The notes under the pieces are model-generated. The model did not search any database and was not told the DNA's origin. It saw only the letters and a list, made by a program, of their open reading frames with translations. Shown here in pieces: positions 56,454 through 64,000 of a stretch of 64,000 nucleotides of DNA (its first letter is position 1; each line of letters begins with the position of its first letter). Origin of the DNA: Rickettsiales bacterium (GTDB lineage: Bacteria; Pseudomonadota; Alphaproteobacteria; Rickettsiales; SXRF01); contig JAJTHB010000012.1 in NCBI GenBank assembly GCA_021299465.1, forward strand, positions 16,173 through 80,172, given 5' to 3'. The translations under genes were made by a program, and so were the position numbers.

Positions 56454-58181
56454 ATGGAACAGGCTTTTGAGAAACTGGGGCAGGCGCTTGGCTTGCACGC
56501 GGCAAACTGCCAGCCGGCAATGGAAGCGCATTTTGGCAAGAAGCCCAAATGGGTGGTGTTTCTTTCTGCATGCCGGGGCGTTGAGCGGGCGCATGTTGCT
56601 TGCGCAAGCGGAAACCAGCTCGAGACTGCTTTTAAGGCCGCCCTAGATAAACTCCGTAAGCTCACCAGCCAAGATCCCAGCCAGTGGCGCTGGATCAAGG
56701 CCGACCTAGTCACGAATATTGAGGCCATCTCGCCTGAGCAGGCGATGGATAGAATTCGAAAAACACGCTCAAATTTCTTTCGCCGTGGAATCGCGTTTGA
56801 TTCTTATTTTAATCAGGCGCTGCTTGAGCAGGAAATCAACGGTATCCAGACTTTTCCCAAGGATGAGGCAAATGAAGAAATCTCGCAGATCAAGCTAAGC
56901 CGCATCAGCATTTACCTTAAAAAAAACCGTAAGCTGCCGCCGCTACCGGAAAATCCTGAACGCATGAGCAACTGGTATCTGTTTGATACCACCGCGTATC
57001 TTTACGATCGGCAGCAACAAAAACTCGTCGCCCTAAGCAGCGGCGGTTATCATAACGGCACCCGCTCCACCGAAATTAATTCAGAAGGGGTCAAGCAGCT
57101 GGTATCACGAGCTGGCCACTGGCTGGCGGATCATATTCATGATGATGGCCGGTTCGATTATGGTTTCTTCGCCATCACCCATAAGCCGATTCCGACTTAT
57201 AACATCCTTCGCCATTGCAGCACGCTTTATGCCATGCTGGAGGCATGGGAATTAACGGGCGATGAGGCTATTTTTAAGCCGATTCCGCGCGCGCTGGATT
57301 ATGTCATAAACCATGCCATCCGGCGCGATGGCAATCAGGCTTTCTTGGTTGATCATGAGCAGGATCAAGAAATACGCCTCGGTGGTCAGGCGGCGCTCAT
57401 TCTGGCGCTGGTCAAACATATGAGCCTCACTAAAGACGAGCGTTACCTGGAGCTGGCACAGGCAGCGGCAGAAGCGATTGTTACCCGTTTCATCGATGCC
57501 GAAACAGGCTCGTTTATTCACGTGCTATCCGGCCGCGACCTGTCGGTGAAGGAGCGGTTTCGCATCGTCTATTATGATGGCGAAGCCGTACTGGCACTTC
57601 TGCGCCTGTATGGAATTGATCAGAACCCGCTATGGCTGGAGGCAGCCAGAAAAGCCTTTGAGCGATTTATTGAAACCGATCATTGGAAGCACCACGACCA
57701 CTGGCTCAGCTATGCGACCAACGAGCTGACAGCAATTTTTCCCGAAGATCGCTATTTTCTTTTCGGGCTTAAGAACGCATGCCCTGCGCTGGATTTTATC
57801 GAGTTTCGTGATACCGCCTACCCAACGTTTCTTGAGCTGCTGGTTGCTGCCTGCACCATGGTTAAGCGCATGATAGCACTAGGCAAAGATCCACTCTTGG
57901 CTGCCTTTGATATTGAGCGGTTATTTCGTGTTACTGATCAGCGCGCGCGTCATCAGTCCGCCAGCCATTTCTTTCCCGAAATGGCGATGTATATGGCAAA
58001 GCCTGCCGAGGTCGAGCGTGCTTTTTACACGCGCCACCATTCCTTTCGTGTGCGCATAGATGATATTGAGCATTTCATATCCGGCTACTGTCAATACCAT
58101 CACACGATTCTTGCCAGGCATAGTAGCGCAATTAATAGCTGGCGTGCAATCAAACCGTTGAGTCTAAATATTGTCAAATAA
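56454..58181 (+). CDS. Hypothetical protein, possible alpha/alpha-toroid fold
   Basis: 575 aa. Helical-hairpin-like motifs recur (YNILRHCSTLYAMLEAW, GGQAALILALVKH, YYDGEAVLALLRLY). The family was not verified and the start is uncertain. Confidence 0.5.
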   Translation: MEQAFEKLGQALGLHAANCQPAMEAHFGKKPKWVVFLSACRGVERAHVACASGNQLETAFKAALDKLRKLTSQDPSQWRWIKADLVTNIEAISPEQAMDRIRKTRSNFFRRGIAFDSYFNQALLEQEINGIQTFPKDEANEEISQIKLSRISIYLKKNRKLPPLPENPERMSNWYLFDTTAYLYDRQQQKLVALSSGGYHNGTRSTEINSEGVKQLVSRAGHWLADHIHDDGRFDYGFFAITHKPIPTYNILRHCSTLYAMLEAWELTGDEAIFKPIPRALDYVINHAIRRDGNQAFLVDHEQDQEIRLGGQAALILALVKHMSLTKDERYLELAQAAAEAIVTRFIDAETGSFIHVLSGRDLSVKERFRIVYYDGEAVLALLRLYGIDQNPLWLEAARKAFERFIETDHWKHHDHWLSYATNELTAIFPEDRYFLFGLKNACPALDFIEFRDTAYPTFLELLVAACTMVKRMIALGKDPLLAAFDIERLFRVTDQRARHQSASHFFPEMAMYMAKPAEVERAFYTRHHSFRVRIDDIEHFISGYCQYHHTILARHSSAINSWRAIKPLSLNIVK

Positions 58182-58253
58182 CTCTGCTTGATTCGGCAAA
58201 AAGTTTCTACTAATTTACGCTCTGTTTGAACTAAAATATCAAGTGTTTCAGCT

Positions 58254-59366
58254 ATGAATCAAAAAACCCCCCTTCACGCAGATCATCTAGCGCTTGCGGC
58301 AAAAATGTGCCCGTTTGCTGGCTATGATATGCCGATTCAGTATGCGCTCGGCGTGATCAAAGAGCACGAATGGACACGCGAGCATGCGGGTGTATTTGAT
58401 GTTTCGCATATGGGGCAGGCGTGGGTGAGGGGCGCGGGTTCGGCTGAATTTTTAGGGCGCATTACGCCGTCATCTTTTCTTAAAACGCCGCATAGCCGCG
58501 CGAAATATACGGTGCTGACGAATGACAAGGGCGGCATTATTGATGACCTCATCATCACCCGTGGTGGCGATGACAGTTTTTTTGTCGTGTTCAATGCTGG
58601 CCGCAAAGAGGTAGATATCGCGTGGTTCAAAAAGCAGCTACCGGCGGGAGTGAGTTTTGAGTTTCTGGACGAACAGGCGCTGATTGCGCTGCAGGGCCCG
58701 AAGGCAGAAGAAGTGCTGGTGCGCGAGATGGCCGATATCGGTCTGCGCTCGATGCCCTACATGACCATGAAGGAATCAAGCTGGAAGAGCACGCCCGTGA
58801 TCATCAGCCGCCTTGGCTATACCGGCGAAGACGGATTTGAAATCAGTATCCCGGCGAGTCAGGCGACCGCGCTGTGGCGTGCGCTGCTTACGCATAGCGA
58901 AGTAAAGCCGATTGGCCTCGCTGCGCGCGATTCGCTACGCATGGAGATGGGCTATCCGCTCTATGGCCATGATCTTGATGAATCAACGACGCCGATCGAA
59001 GCAAGTCTTGGCTGGGTGATGAGCAAGGGACATGGCGGCTTTATTGGCGAGACAAGTATCGGGGGCGCCCCCGCAAGAAAGCGCGTCGGCATCAAACTCA
59101 CCGAGCCTGGCATCGCCCGCGAAGGTGCAATAATTTATTCCGGAGAAGACATAATCGGCACGCTCACCAGCGGCGGCTTTTCGCCCACGCTGAAAATGGC
59201 CATCGGCCAGGGCTATGTCGCTGCCAGATATGCCCAGGAAGGAAAGCCGGTAGCAATTGAAGTGCGCGGCAAAAAAATCGCAGGCGAGATCACTCCGCTT
59301 GCTTTCCTCACCCCCAAAACCAAATCATCCGCAATCGATCCAGCGAAGGAAAAAAAATATGGCTAA
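58254..59366 (+). CDS. gcvT: Glycine cleavage system aminomethyltransferase (T protein)
   Basis: TPLHADHLALAAKMCPFAGYDMPIQY, FDVSHMG and GYTGEDGFEI. Confidence 0.9.
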   Translation: MNQKTPLHADHLALAAKMCPFAGYDMPIQYALGVIKEHEWTREHAGVFDVSHMGQAWVRGAGSAEFLGRITPSSFLKTPHSRAKYTVLTNDKGGIIDDLIITRGGDDSFFVVFNAGRKEVDIAWFKKQLPAGVSFEFLDEQALIALQGPKAEEVLVREMADIGLRSMPYMTMKESSWKSTPVIISRLGYTGEDGFEISIPASQATALWRALLTHSEVKPIGLAARDSLRMEMGYPLYGHDLDESTTPIEASLGWVMSKGHGGFIGETSIGGAPARKRVGIKLTEPGIAREGAIIYSGEDIIGTLTSGGFSPTLKMAIGQGYVAARYAQEGKPVAIEVRGKKIAGEITPLAFLTPKTKSSAIDPAKEKKYG

Positions 59367-59739
59367 CGTTCCCGCAAACCTTAAATATACCGAGCAACAT
59401 GAATGGCTCTCGCTGGAGGGCGATGTCGCAACCATGGGCATTACCGACTATGCGCAGGGCGCGCTTGGTGATGTGGTTTTCATTGAGCTGCCGGCCGTGG
59501 GGCGCAAGGTGAAGCAAGGTGAGTCATTTGTAGTGGTTGAGTCGGTCAAGGCGGCAAGCGATGTGTATGCGCCGGTTTCCGGCGAGGTGGTGGAAGTCAA
59601 TAGCACACTTTCTTCCGCCCCCGAAACGATTAACCAGCACCCTTACGAAGCTGGCTGGATTTGCAAAATTAAAATCAGCGACGCTGCAGAAACGGCAAAA
59701 TTACTAGAATCTGTGAACTATGAAAAGCTGGTGGCCTAA
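59359..59739 (+). CDS. gcvH: Glycine cleavage system H protein
   Basis: YTEQHEWL, and the lipoyl-lysine motif VVVESVKAASDVYAPVSGEV. The start was set at the internal ATG 59359. Confidence 0.9.
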   Translation: MANVPANLKYTEQHEWLSLEGDVATMGITDYAQGALGDVVFIELPAVGRKVKQGESFVVVESVKAASDVYAPVSGEVVEVNSTLSSAPETINQHPYEAGWICKIKISDAAETAKLLESVNYEKLVA

Positions 59740-59742
59740 CCC

Positions 59743-61053
59743 ATGAGATACCTCCCACTCACCCCCCACGACCGCGCCGAGATGCTGAAAGCCATCGGGG
59801 TGGATTCGGTGGATGCGTTTTATCAGAATGTGCCGCAGGCGGCGCGCAGAAAAGAGCTGCTTGGCCTGCCGCTGCATCAGGGCGAGATTGAAGTGGAAAA
59901 AGCCCTGAGTGCCATGGCGGCAAAAAACCATCCGGCGGCAAGCGGGCCGTTTTTCCTTGGCGCGGGCTGCTATTTCCACCATGTGCCGGCGACCGTGGAT
60001 CATATCATCCAGCGCTCGGAGTTCCTCACTTCCTACACGCCGTATCAGCCGGAAATTTCGCAAGGCACGCTGATGGCAGTGTTCCAGTTCCAGACGATGA
60101 TTGCGAACTTAACCGGCATGGATATCGCCAACGCCTCGATGTATGACGGCGCGACCGCCACCGCCGAGGCCGTGCTGATGGCGCGGCGCATTACGAGCCG
60201 CCCGAACATTCATATTCACGGCGCGCTGCACCCGGAATATCGTGAAGTCATCGAAACCTATATCCGCAACTATCCTGAGATGAAGGTGACGTCCGGCGCG
60301 CCCGATGCTAATTGCTCGTGCGTGATTGTGCAGACGCCGGATTTCCACGGCGTGCCGCAGCAGCTGGAAGCGCTTCGCAAACAGTGCAGCGAAACAGGTG
60401 CGCTGCTTATCGTGGTGGTGACGGAGATTTTATCGCTTGGGCTGCTACCTGCGCCGAGTGAAGCGGATATGGTGGTTGGTGAGGCACAGTCGATCGGTGT
60501 GGGCATGAGTTTTGGTGGCCCGCATCTTGGCTTCTTTGCATGCCGTAAGGATTTCCTGCGCCAGATGCCAGGCCGCCTGTGCGGTGAAACGGTTGATCGT
60601 GACGGAAGGCGCGGCTATGTGCTGACGCTATCGACGCGCGAGCAGCATATCCGCCGCGAAAAAGCGACCTCCAACATCTGCACCAATCAAGGCCTGTTTG
60701 CGCTGGCCTTCACTATTCATATGAGCCTGCTTGGCGAGATTGGATTTAAGCAGCTTGCGCGCCTCAACCATGAACGCGCCTGCATGCTGGCAGATAGGCT
60801 CTCAAAGGTGAAAAACCTACGCGTGAGCGACGCGCCGTTCTTTAATGAGTTTGTGGTCGAGCTTGCGGTTTCGGCGAAAGACACCGTGGATCAGCTTGCA
60901 TCGCGCGGCATCATCGCCGGCTATCCGCTGGAAGGCGGGAAGCTGCTGGTGGCTGCCACCGAAATGACCAGCGAGCAGGATATTGAGGTCTTTGCAGGTA
61001 GCTTGGAAGAAATTTGCAGCGCAGGCAAGGTGCGCCAGAAGGAGGTTGCATAA
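59743..61053 (+). CDS. gcvPA: Glycine dehydrogenase (decarboxylating) subunit 1
   Basis: TSYTPYQPEISQGTL, NASMYDGATA, and GPHLGFFACRK. Confidence 0.9.
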   Translation: MRYLPLTPHDRAEMLKAIGVDSVDAFYQNVPQAARRKELLGLPLHQGEIEVEKALSAMAAKNHPAASGPFFLGAGCYFHHVPATVDHIIQRSEFLTSYTPYQPEISQGTLMAVFQFQTMIANLTGMDIANASMYDGATATAEAVLMARRITSRPNIHIHGALHPEYREVIETYIRNYPEMKVTSGAPDANCSCVIVQTPDFHGVPQQLEALRKQCSETGALLIVVVTEILSLGLLPAPSEADMVVGEAQSIGVGMSFGGPHLGFFACRKDFLRQMPGRLCGETVDRDGRRGYVLTLSTREQHIRREKATSNICTNQGLFALAFTIHMSLLGEIGFKQLARLNHERACMLADRLSKVKNLRVSDAPFFNEFVVELAVSAKDTVDQLASRGIIAGYPLEGGKLLVAATEMTSEQDIEVFAGSLEEICSAGKVRQKEVA

Positions 61054-62534
61054 TGTCTGCCGAGTCGCTTTCGAAAGGCCGCGGCCTGAATGTCGAAGAA
61101 AACCTGCTCTACGAAAAAGGCACGCATGGCGCCTGCGGCGTCGATTTGCCGAAGCCCAAAGGCCTTGCGCTTCGCACCGGCCAGAAGCCGCGCGAGCATG
61201 TGGGGCTGCCGGAAGTGAGCGAGCCGCAGGTGGTGCGCCATTTTGTACGGCTTTCTAAAATGAATTACGCGATTGATATGGGGCTGTATCCGCTCGGCTC
61301 CTGCACCATGAAACACAACCCGCGCCTGAACGAAAAAATCGCGCGCCATCCGGGCTTTGCGAATATCCACCCGCTGCAGCCGCAGTCCACCGTGCAGGGC
61401 GCGCTGGAACTGATGCATACGCTGGAGCAGTGGCTGAAGGCCGTCTCCGGCTTGCCGTATGTGACGCTGAACCCCGCCGCCGGCGCGCATGGTGAATTTG
61501 CCGGTATCATGACCATTCGCCGCGCGCACGAAGCAAAAGGTCGGGCGCGCAAAATTGTGCTGGTGCCTGATAGCGCGCATGGCACCAACCCCGCAACGGC
61601 GGTTGCCTGCGGCTACGACACCAAAACCATTCCTTCCGGCAAGGACGGCACGGTGGATTTAGACGCCTTTAAAAATGCGATGAGTGATGAGGTGGCGGCG
61701 ATCATGCTCACCAACCCGAACACCTGCGGTGTGTTTGAGCCAAACGCCAAAGAAATCGCCGATATTCTGCACCAAGCAGGCGCATATTTTTACTGCGACG
61801 GCGCGAATTTCAACGCGCTGGTTGGCCGCGTGCGCCCGGCAGATTTCGGCGTGGATGTCATGCATTTCAACCTGCACAAAACCTTCTCTACGCCGCATGG
61901 CGGCGGCGGCCCCGGCTGCGGCCCGATTGCGGTATCCGCTGAACTTGGCCCATACCTGCCGGTGCCGAAAGTAGTGAAAGATAAGGATGGCTATCGCTTC
62001 GTGAAGGAAGACAGCCAAAGCATCGGCCGCCTGAAAGGCTTTAACGGCCAGTTCGGCATGATGGTGCGCGCGCTTTCCTACATGATGTCGCATGGCGCTG
62101 ATGGCCTCCGCCAGGTCGCGGAAGATGCGGTGCTGAACGCCAACTATGTGCTGAGCCAACTGAAGGATCTCTACCATGTTCCGTTCCCAGGAACGTGCAT
62201 GCATGAATGTTTGCTGTCGGATAAAATCCAGAAGGAAAAAGGCATCACCACCAATGAAATCGCCAAGACGCTGATTGAGCATGGCATCCATCCGATGACG
62301 GTCTATTTCCCGCTTGTCGTGCAGGGCGCAATGCTGATCGAGCCGACCGAAACCGAAACCAAGGCTTCGCTCGACCATTTCATCGCGGTGATGCGTGAAA
62401 TTGCCGAGAAAACGGCGAAAGGTGATGTGGAGGAGATGAAGCTAAACCCGGTCTCCGCTCCGCGCAAAAAGCTCGATGAGGTGCGCGCTGCGAAAAATCC
62501 GGTATTGAAATACACCGCGAGTGAGGCGGCATAG
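61053..62534 (+). CDS. gcvPB: Glycine dehydrogenase (decarboxylating) subunit 2
   Basis: GSCTMKHNP, and the PLP-lysine region HFNLHKTFSTPHGGGGPG. The ATG overlaps the gcvPA stop (TAATG). Confidence 0.9.
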   Translation: MSAESLSKGRGLNVEENLLYEKGTHGACGVDLPKPKGLALRTGQKPREHVGLPEVSEPQVVRHFVRLSKMNYAIDMGLYPLGSCTMKHNPRLNEKIARHPGFANIHPLQPQSTVQGALELMHTLEQWLKAVSGLPYVTLNPAAGAHGEFAGIMTIRRAHEAKGRARKIVLVPDSAHGTNPATAVACGYDTKTIPSGKDGTVDLDAFKNAMSDEVAAIMLTNPNTCGVFEPNAKEIADILHQAGAYFYCDGANFNALVGRVRPADFGVDVMHFNLHKTFSTPHGGGGPGCGPIAVSAELGPYLPVPKVVKDKDGYRFVKEDSQSIGRLKGFNGQFGMMVRALSYMMSHGADGLRQVAEDAVLNANYVLSQLKDLYHVPFPGTCMHECLLSDKIQKEKGITTNEIAKTLIEHGIHPMTVYFPLVVQGAMLIEPTETETKASLDHFIAVMREIAEKTAKGDVEEMKLNPVSAPRKKLDEVRAAKNPVLKYTASEAA

Positions 62535-62603
62535 GCATTAGCCAAAGCTTAACCATTGGATTGTACCCTTGGCGGATTATGCTCGCCTTGGTTGTGGTTG
62601 CCG

Positions 62604-64000
62604 ATGATTGATTCGCTTTTTCAGCGCTCGCTGGCGCGGCGCATGATTTCCTATTTTGTGGATCTCAATCTGCTGATCTTTTTTTTCTGCGGGATCGGCA
62701 TTTATTATTACATAGACCACCAGCTTCACCTTCAGATTGAAAAACGCTCCGCTAGCCTTATTTCTTCAATTAGCGCCAAGCTGAATATCAGCGATGATCA
62801 TGAGCAGTTTCAGCGAAGCATTTCACAGCTAGCGGAGGAAAGCGATATTCTTTATCTGCTGGTGGCTGAAGAAGACTCGCAGGGGATGCTAAGTGTTATC
62901 GCCGCCAGTAATGCGGCTTGGTACGGCAAACCCATCGATAGCGTGCCCATTGATGAGCACACCCGTGACGACATTACTCAGGCCTTTGGGCAAAATCGCG
63001 CTCTTTATCACCAACACGAAGAATTGCAGATCGTTGATACCACCCAGCCAGTGTATATCGAAAGCAAAGGCACCGACATACGCCGCCGCGCTGTGATTCA
63101 TGTCGCTATTGATTCATCGTTTCAGCACAATCAACTGCGCCGCGATATTATTATTATAAGCGCTGTGCTGTTTGGCGTTATTCTGAGCATACTGGTGATT
63201 ATCAGCCAGTTGATGAAACGCCAGATCTTTGAACCTATTCTGCACTTGCGTGATGTGATGCGCCGACGGTCTGAGGGCGATAAAACCGCATTTGCGACGA
63301 TAAAAACTAACGATGAAATTGGTGAGCTTGCTTACTCGCTCAATGAAATGATCGATAGCCTTGCCACCAGTGAAAATAAATTACGCGCTGTGATGAACAC
63401 CATCGCAGATGGCATCATCATTATCAATACGCGCGGTATCGTTCAGGGTTTTACGCCCGCAGCGGAGAAAATTTTCGGCTATCAGGCAAGTGAGGTGATC
63501 GGACAGAATGTCCGTATGCTCATGAATGAGAAGGATGCTGGGCGCCATGATGGCTACCTGGCTAACTACCAGCAAACAAAACAATCAGGGATCATTGGCG
63601 TTGGGCGGATGGTGATGGGCAGGCGAAGCGACGGCACACTCTTTCCAATGGATCTTACCATTAGCGAGACGGTTGTCGGTGGGGATAAAATCTTTGTTGG
63701 CATTGTGCGCGATGCAAGCGAACGCGAGCAGGCACAAAAAAAACTTTCTGATTTTGCTTCTGAGCTTGAGCTCAAAAATATCGAGCTGGCGATGGCCAGA
63801 AATGAAGCCGAGAAAGTCACTCGGCAAAAAAGCCAGTTTCTTGCAAATATGAGCCACGAGATCCGAACACCGATGAACGCGATTGTCGGCATGGGCCAAC
63901 TGCTTCAGGACACTCAATTAACCAGCGAACAAAAGCATTTTACAGAAACGATTCTGCGTTCATCACAGCATTTGCTGGAACTGATCAACGATATCCTTGA
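62604..64000 (+). CDS. Membrane sensor histidine kinase (HAMP-PAS-HisKA), 3'-partial at window edge
   Basis: The frame was translated by hand and is open from the ATG at 62604 to the window end. It shows two TM segments, HAMP (NDEIGELAYSLNEMIDSL), PAS (ADGIIIINTRGIVQGFTPAAEKIFGY) and an H-box (FLANMSHEIRTPMNAI). Confidence 0.75.
   Translation, partial: MIDSLFQRSLARRMISYFVDLNLLIFFFCGIGIYYYIDHQLHLQIEKRSASLISSISAKLNISDDHEQFQRSISQLAEESDILYLLVAEEDSQGMLSVIAASNAAWYGKPIDSVPIDEHTRDDITQAFGQNRALYHQHEELQIVDTTQPVYIESKGTDIRRRAVIHVAIDSSFQHNQLRRDIIIISAVLFGVILSILVIISQLMKRQIFEPILHLRDVMRRRSEGDKTAFATIKTNDEIGELAYSLNEMIDSLATSENKLRAVMNTIADGIIIINTRGIVQGFTPAAEKIFGYQASEVIGQNVRMLMNEKDAGRHDGYLANYQQTKQSGIIGVGRMVMGRRSDGTLFPMDLTISETVVGGDKIFVGIVRDASEREQAQKKLSDFASELELKNIELAMARNEAEKVTRQKSQFLANMSHEIRTPMNAIVGMGQLLQDTQLTSEQKHFTETILRSSQHLLELINDIL

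Noticed and set aside
58182-58253. Possible glycine riboswitch upstream of gcvT.
   Set aside because: The intergenic region is only 72 nt and AT-rich. It is far too short for even a single glycine aptamer, and no conserved aptamer core was recognisable.
36491-58253. Search for a direct repeat of the tRNA-Leu 3' end to define attR of the island.
   Set aside because: No convincing second copy was found by eye. The best partial matches are half-site-like hexamers: TCGGAC at 40232 and GTCCGA at 54832. These are expected by chance, so no attR is reported.
1-64000. CRISPR arrays, rRNA genes, or intact IS elements and transposases.
   Set aside because: No regularly spaced direct repeats with unique spacers were seen. 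No rRNA-like sequence and no transposase-like ORF appear in any frame.

Overview
This 64 kb chromosomal segment most likely comes from an alphaproteobacterium. The evidence is the secB/Tim44-like/mltA/smr synteny, the split gcvPA/gcvPB genes, and an msbA-DUF374-waaA-lpxK-lpxL block. All calls rest on reading the supplied translations and the DNA by eye; no searches were run.

Layout:
- 1-26.9 kb is ordinary core: dnaQ, an OmpA-like gene, secB, a Tim44-like gene, mltA, smr, an OmpR/EnvZ-like pair, two tandem CCA/poly(A)-polymerase-family genes, a phoB-like gene, yciB, purD, xseA, the lipid A/Kdo operon, pmbA, a TAXI receptor, ribA, rlmN, a prepilin-like gene, a TfoX-C gene and an MFS transporter.
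- 26.9-36.5 kb is an 8-gene translationally coupled sugar-modification operon plus a convergent large polytopic membrane protein, bracketed by tRNA-Tyr(GTA) and tRNA-Leu(CAG).
- 36.4 to about 58.2 kb is a mosaic accessory region that starts at tRNA-Leu. It holds:
  - a large serine recombinase whose 3' end runs antisense into the tRNA;
  - a small phage-like replication module with iteron-like repeats;
  - a LysR pseudogene and mipA;
  - a HisKA_3/NarL two-component system flanked by a 24-nt inverted repeat;
  - an OMF-MFP-RND efflux operon with a low-GC membrane-anchored Cys-phosphatase gene wedged between adaptor and pump;
  - a low-GC decayed defence locus;
  - two divergently transcribed orphan genes.
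- 58.2-64 kb returns to core: gcvT-gcvH-gcvPA-gcvPB and a 3'-partial HAMP-PAS hybrid histidine kinase.

The most interesting signal is the defence locus. It has an apparently intact SIR2-APAZ-like gene whose short-pAgo partner survives only as a 45-codon stub. That stub abuts a 5'-truncated retron-type RT-TOPRIM gene and a further gene remnant. No CRISPR array, rRNA or intact IS element was seen.
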